A stretch of DNA of 64,000 nucleotides from an uncultured Alphaproteobacteria bacterium. GTDB taxonomy: Bacteria > Pseudomonadota > Alphaproteobacteria > Sphingomonadales > Sphingomonadaceae. The first letter of the stretch is position 1; every line of letters begins with the position of its first letter. Where the stretch lies: NCBI GenBank assembly GCA_963736595.1, contig CAVTPG010000001.1:91284-155283 (forward strand), read 5' to 3'. The position numbers and the translations under genes are program-made. The notes below the pieces were generated by a model. That model had not been told where the DNA came from. It did not search any database and saw nothing but the letters and a program-made list of their open reading frames with translations. Shown here piece by piece: positions 59,992 through 64,000 of this stretch.

Positions 59992-60524
59992 CCATTCCCG
60001 ACACCACGAAGGCGCAAACGGATCGCATGATTCGCGTCGATCAGGCGGGCGAGTTCGGCGCGACGCGCATTTATGAAGGACAGCTTGCGGTGATGGGGGA
60101 CCGCGCACCCGACAGTGCGCAAATCCGCCATATGGCCGCACAGGAAGCCGTGCATCGCGCGCAATTCGATGCACTGATGGCGCGACGCGGCGTGCGCCCG
60201 ACGGCGCTGCAACCATTTTGGTCCGTCGCAGGTTATGCGCTGGGCGCGGCGACCGCTTTGATGGGACCGAAGGCTGCAATGGCCTGCACTGCTGCGGTTG
60301 AAACGGAAATCGACAAGCATTATTCCGATCAGCTGGATGTGCTGGAAGAAACCAATGACGATCCCGAATTGACCGGCATGATCGAGCGGTTTCGCGAGGA
60401 AGAGCGCGAACATCACGACACGGCGATTGCCAGCGGCGCAGAGCAGGCGGCGGGCTATCCGCTGTTGTCGGGCGTGATCCGGCTGGGCTGTCGCGCCGCA
60501 ATTAAATTGTCCGAGCGGATTTAG
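59988..60524 (+). CDS. coq7: demethoxyubiquinone hydroxylase
   Basis: IRVDQAGE.GA..IY.GQ, E..H, CT.AVE..I..HY..Q, EE.EH di-iron motifs. Confidence 0.92.
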   Translation: MTIPDTTKAQTDRMIRVDQAGEFGATRIYEGQLAVMGDRAPDSAQIRHMAAQEAVHRAQFDALMARRGVRPTALQPFWSVAGYALGAATALMGPKAAMACTAAVETEIDKHYSDQLDVLEETNDDPELTGMIERFREEEREHHDTAIASGAEQAAGYPLLSGVIRLGCRAAIKLSERI

Positions 60525-60654
60525 GCGTCCAGACAGTCGCGGGAACCCGCACGCGTTTTCAATCGCTTCATTGGCAGTTCAGCGCAAAGCCCGTTATGGT
60601 AATGGCGATCTGCTGATCTTGCGATTTGCGCACCCAATGAAACGGAAGAAGCCC

Positions 60655-61302
60655 ATGACACGCCTATCCGCCCCGAAGCCCTCGATCGCGATTCCCGCTA
60701 CGCTTCTGTCTGCGTTAGGGGCTGCGATGCTGGCCGTGCCTGCCGCCGCGCAGGACGAGGATTATTCCGTCAATCAAGTCTATATCGCCGATGGCGAAGA
60801 CTGCCCGGCCTCGACCGCAGACGTCATCACAGTGTGCGGCGTGCTGGAAGATCCTTACCGCATTCCCAAAGTCTTGCGGCACAGCGACAATCCCGAAAAC
60901 ACCGCTTGGGCGCAGCGTGTGAAGCGCCTTGAGATGGTCGGCGCAACCGGCATCATGTCCTGCTCTCCGGTCGGTGCGGGCGGCGCCACGGGCTGCACGC
61001 AGCAGCTGATCGCCGCCGCTTATGCCGACAAAGCCAATGCGCCCGGCGTGCGGTTTGGCCGCGCCATCGAAGCCGCGCGTGTAGACCGGATGTCCACCAT
61101 CGATGTCGATGCCGAAATGGAGCAGGAGCGGGTCGAGCAGATCGAACGCGAATATATGGAGCGGCTGGAGCGTGAGCGCGCTGCTGCCGTTCCGGGCGAA
61201 GATGTCGCGGCACCGCCCGCTATTGGGCCAGATGTAGTCGGACAGCCTGTCGCGGCTGACCCAGCCGACCAGCCTGAGCAGGCGGCAGAACCCGAAGGCT
61301 GA
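60655..61302 (+). CDS. hypothetical exported four-Cys protein
   Basis: Signal peptide (..PAAA-Q), C..VC..PYRIP, SCS..G.GG.TGC. Confidence 0.75.
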   Translation: MTRLSAPKPSIAIPATLLSALGAAMLAVPAAAQDEDYSVNQVYIADGEDCPASTADVITVCGVLEDPYRIPKVLRHSDNPENTAWAQRVKRLEMVGATGIMSCSPVGAGGATGCTQQLIAAAYADKANAPGVRFGRAIEAARVDRMSTIDVDAEMEQERVEQIEREYMERLERERAAAVPGEDVAAPPAIGPDVVGQPVAADPADQPEQAAEPEG

Positions 61303-61352
61303 TTGCCGAAATTAACCGTGTTTAAGCCGCGCGCTGCTACAGGCTGCTGACA

Positions 61353-62477
61353 ATGACAGCGCCGCGCAAAATTCTGACTATCTTCGGCACGCGCCCCGAA
61401 GCGATCAAGCTGTTCCCGCTGATCCACCGGCTGGCAAAAGACGCGCGTTTTGTCTCGCGGACCTGCGTCACTGCGCAGCATCGCGAGATGCTGGACCAAG
61501 TGCTGAACATGGCCGAGATCACCCCGGACCATGATCTTGATCTGATGCGCGGAGGCCAAGCGCTGGACGCGCTGATGGCGAGCTTACTGGTGGAGATCGG
61601 CAAGGTGCTGGACATCGAGCAACCCGATTTTGTCGTGGTGCAAGGCGATACGGCGACCGCGCTGGCCGGCGGAATGGCCGCATTTTATCGCAAGATCCCG
61701 GTGGTCCATGTCGAAGCGGGACTACGCAGCGGCGACATCCACCATCCCTGGCCTGAAGAGGTCAATCGGCGAATGATCGCAACATTCGCAGCGATCCATT
61801 GCGCCCCGACGCAAAGTGCCGTGGATGCTCTGCTGGCCGAAAATGTCGCACCTGACGCCATCCATTTGACCGGCAACACCGTGATCGATGCGCTGCATTG
61901 GGTGAGCGCGAAAATCGCTCAAACGCCTCCTGATGCAGGCGCGCTTAGCGATCTTAAGCGCAAATTTGCAGGCAAACGCATCATCGGCGTAACCTGCCAT
62001 CGGCGGGAAAATCTGGGTGAAGGCATGGCGCAGATTGCGCAAGCTATCCGACAACTCAGCGCGCGCGAAGATGTGGCGATCATCTTGCCCATGCACCGCA
62101 ATCCCGACATCCGCGCGATCATGCAAAGTGCGCTGGGCGATCTCGATAATGTCGCGCTGACGGAGCCGCTCGATTATTTGGAGTTCGTGCAGTTATTGGG
62201 TTTGTGCGCGCTGATGCTGACCGATAGCGGCGGGGTGCAGGAAGAAGCGCCAGCCTTGGGCAAGCCGGTGCTGGTGATGCGCGAAACGACCGAGCGACCC
62301 GAAGGCATTGCAGCGGGAACGGCACGGCTGGTCGGGACTGACCCTGACCGGATCGTGAGCGAAGTCGAACGGCTGCTGGACGATGACGCCGCCTATGCCG
62401 CGATGGCGCAGGCGCACAATCCGTTCGGCGATGGCAAAGCGGCGAAGCGAATTTGCGAGCTACTGGCGCAGGCCTGA
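61353..62477 (+). CDS. wecB: UDP-N-acetylglucosamine 2-epimerase (non-hydrolyzing)
   Basis: GTRPEAIK, QGDT, HVEAGLR, PWPEE.NR, TDSGG.QEEA. Confidence 0.96.
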   Translation: MTAPRKILTIFGTRPEAIKLFPLIHRLAKDARFVSRTCVTAQHREMLDQVLNMAEITPDHDLDLMRGGQALDALMASLLVEIGKVLDIEQPDFVVVQGDTATALAGGMAAFYRKIPVVHVEAGLRSGDIHHPWPEEVNRRMIATFAAIHCAPTQSAVDALLAENVAPDAIHLTGNTVIDALHWVSAKIAQTPPDAGALSDLKRKFAGKRIIGVTCHRRENLGEGMAQIAQAIRQLSAREDVAIILPMHRNPDIRAIMQSALGDLDNVALTEPLDYLEFVQLLGLCALMLTDSGGVQEEAPALGKPVLVMRETTERPEGIAAGTARLVGTDPDRIVSEVERLLDDDAAYAAMAQAHNPFGDGKAAKRICELLAQA

Positions 62478-62490
62478 CTTGGCTGCGCAG

Positions 62491-63490
62491 CTAAATGCTG
62501 TGATAATCGCGATACCAGGCGACGAATTTCGGAACGCCCTGTTCGATGGTCGTCGTCGGCTCATAACCCAGATCGTCGCGGATAGCGTCGATGTCGGCAT
62601 AGGTCTTTTCGACATCGCCGGGCTGCATATCGAGCATCTCGACGCGCGCTTTTTTTCCGCACGCTTCTTCCAGCAATTCGACAAAACGCATTAGCTTTTC
62701 ACAGCGATGATTGCCGATATTATAAAGCGCATGGGGCTTTACGCTGCCGCCAGCTTTCACTTTGCCATCGTCGTTGGGAGGATGGTCGATAGCCGCCAGC
62801 ACGCCCGAAATGATGTCGTCGATATACGTGAAATCGCGATACATCTGCCCGTGATTGTAAACCGGGATCGTCTCGCCGGCCAAAATCCGCTGCGTAAAGC
62901 GCCACGGCATCATGTCCGGGCGACCCCACGGCCCGTACACGGTGAAGAAACGCAAGCCGGTTTGCGGCAAACGATAAAGATGCGCGTAAGTCTCGCTCAT
63001 CAATTCGTTGGATTTCTTGGTCGCAGCATAAAGCGACAGCGGGTGATCGACGCGGTCATCCACGGAAAATGGCGTTTTCGTGTTGCCGCCATATACGGAT
63101 GATGAACTGGCATAGACCAGATGAGCGACATCCCGCGCGCGTGCCAGTTCCAGAATATTGGCATGGCCGACAAGGTTCGACTGCACATAGAGCTTGGGGG
63201 TTGTCGATGCTGTATCGCACCCCTGCCTGCGCGCCGAGATGCACGATGGTATCGAAGCTGTGTGGTTCCAATGCTTTGTCCAGCGCGGACTTATCCGAAA
63301 AGTCGCACTGTATGAATGAGCAACGATCGGCGCCTGCCCGCTGACTATAATCGAGGCGAGCTTGCTTCAGCGCCACATCGTAATAATCGTTGCAATTATC
63401 GATGCCTATGACGGTGTCACCGCGCGCCAGCAGTGCCTCGGTCAGGGCTGCACCGATGAACCCTGCCGATCCTGTTACGAGAATTTTCAT
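62491..63490 (-). CDS. UDP-glucuronate 4-epimerase-like NAD-dependent epimerase, +1 frameshift at G5 run 63196-63200
   Basis: VTGSAGFIG, AQAGVRYS, then in the next frame ASSSSVYG, YAATKK, YGPWGRPDM; removing one base gives ..DNPKLYVQSN.. and ~332 aa. Confidence 0.9.
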
Positions 63491-63503
63491 CGCCGCTTGC
63501 GCC

Positions 63504-64000
63504 TTACTGCGCAATCACTTTGCGGAAATACGCGATTGTGCGGTCCAGCCCTTCGTCCAGCTCCACCGTCGGCTCCCACTTCAGGATCTCGCGCGCTTTG
63601 GTAATGTCGGGCTTGCGCTGCAATGGATCGTCCTGCGGCAATGGCTCTTCGATCAGCTTCGATGTGCCGCCGATCTTGGCCAGAACCTGTTCGGCCAGTT
63701 GCCGGATCGTGAATTCGTTGGGATTGCCGATATTGATCGGGCCATTCACTTCCGGCCCCTGATCCATGAAATTGAGGAAGCCCTGCACCAGATCATCGAC
63801 ATAGCAGAAGCTGCGCGTTTGCGAGCCATCGCCGTAAATGGTGATGTCCTCGCCCTGCAACGCCTGCACGATGAAATTGGAGACGACGCGGCCATCGGCG
63901 GCATTCATGCGCGGGCCGTACGTGTTGAAGATACGCGCGACTTTAATATCGAGCCCATGCTGCCGGTGGTAATCGAAAAACAACGTTTCGGCGCAGCGCT
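63504..64000 (-). CDS. UDP-glucuronic acid decarboxylase family protein (5' part outside window)
   Basis: [10 protein letters not shown]...[26 protein letters not shown]. Confidence 0.92.
   Translation of the reverse strand, partial: RCAETLFFDYHRQHGLDIKVARIFNTYGPRMNAADGRVVSNFIVQALQGEDITIYGDGSQTRSFCYVDDLVQGFLNFMDQGPEVNGPINIGNPNEFTIRQLAEQVLAKIGGTSKLIEEPLPQDDPLQRKPDITKAREILKWEPTVELDEGLDRTIAYFRKVIAQ

Noticed and set aside
61312-61325. CtrA box before wecB
   Set aside because: TTAA-N6-TTAA has the wrong spacing; at most half-sites
1-64000. CRISPR arrays, tRNA/rRNA, IS elements, prophage or anti-phage defence genes
   Set aside because: No regular repeat-spacer pattern, RNA gene, transposase, integrase or defence-type domain recognised; intergenic gaps are short. 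No covariance-model scan was run

Overview
GC-rich alphaproteobacterial chromosome segment; gene order and protein sequences point to Sphingomonadales, probably Erythrobacteraceae (inference). The left end spans the replication origin region: dnaQ-coaE-aroE-maf-PSRP, oriC, hemE-hemJ-rho, then mnmE-mnmG-rsmG-parA-parB with three parS sites. Directly after parB is the main find, a ~13 kb locus of eight genes in two convergent operons (14.3-27.5 kb) that looks like a divergent Gram-negative poly-gamma-glutamate (CapB/CapC-type) polymer system. It encodes a 1410-aa HEAT-repeat/CapB fusion, a double-CapC membrane protein carrying two apparently inactive hydrolase-fold domains, a PghP-like zinc hydrolase, an outer-membrane beta-barrel, a CHASE2-like pseudo-histidine kinase, a CheY-like protein, a REC-Hpt protein and one unknown protein. 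Each operon has a CtrA-like box upstream. The rest is housekeeping: msrC, tsaC, carD, fdxA, helicase, hemB, ligase/exonuclease, clpA, trcR, bactofilin/M23, proA-nadD-rsfS-rlmH, EnvC-like/S41, dsbB, coq7, wecB and UDP-sugar genes. Four genes carry +1 frameshifts that look like assembly errors. I found no rRNA, tRNA, CRISPR array, transposase or prophage. All family assignments come from motif recognition by eye; no searches were run.
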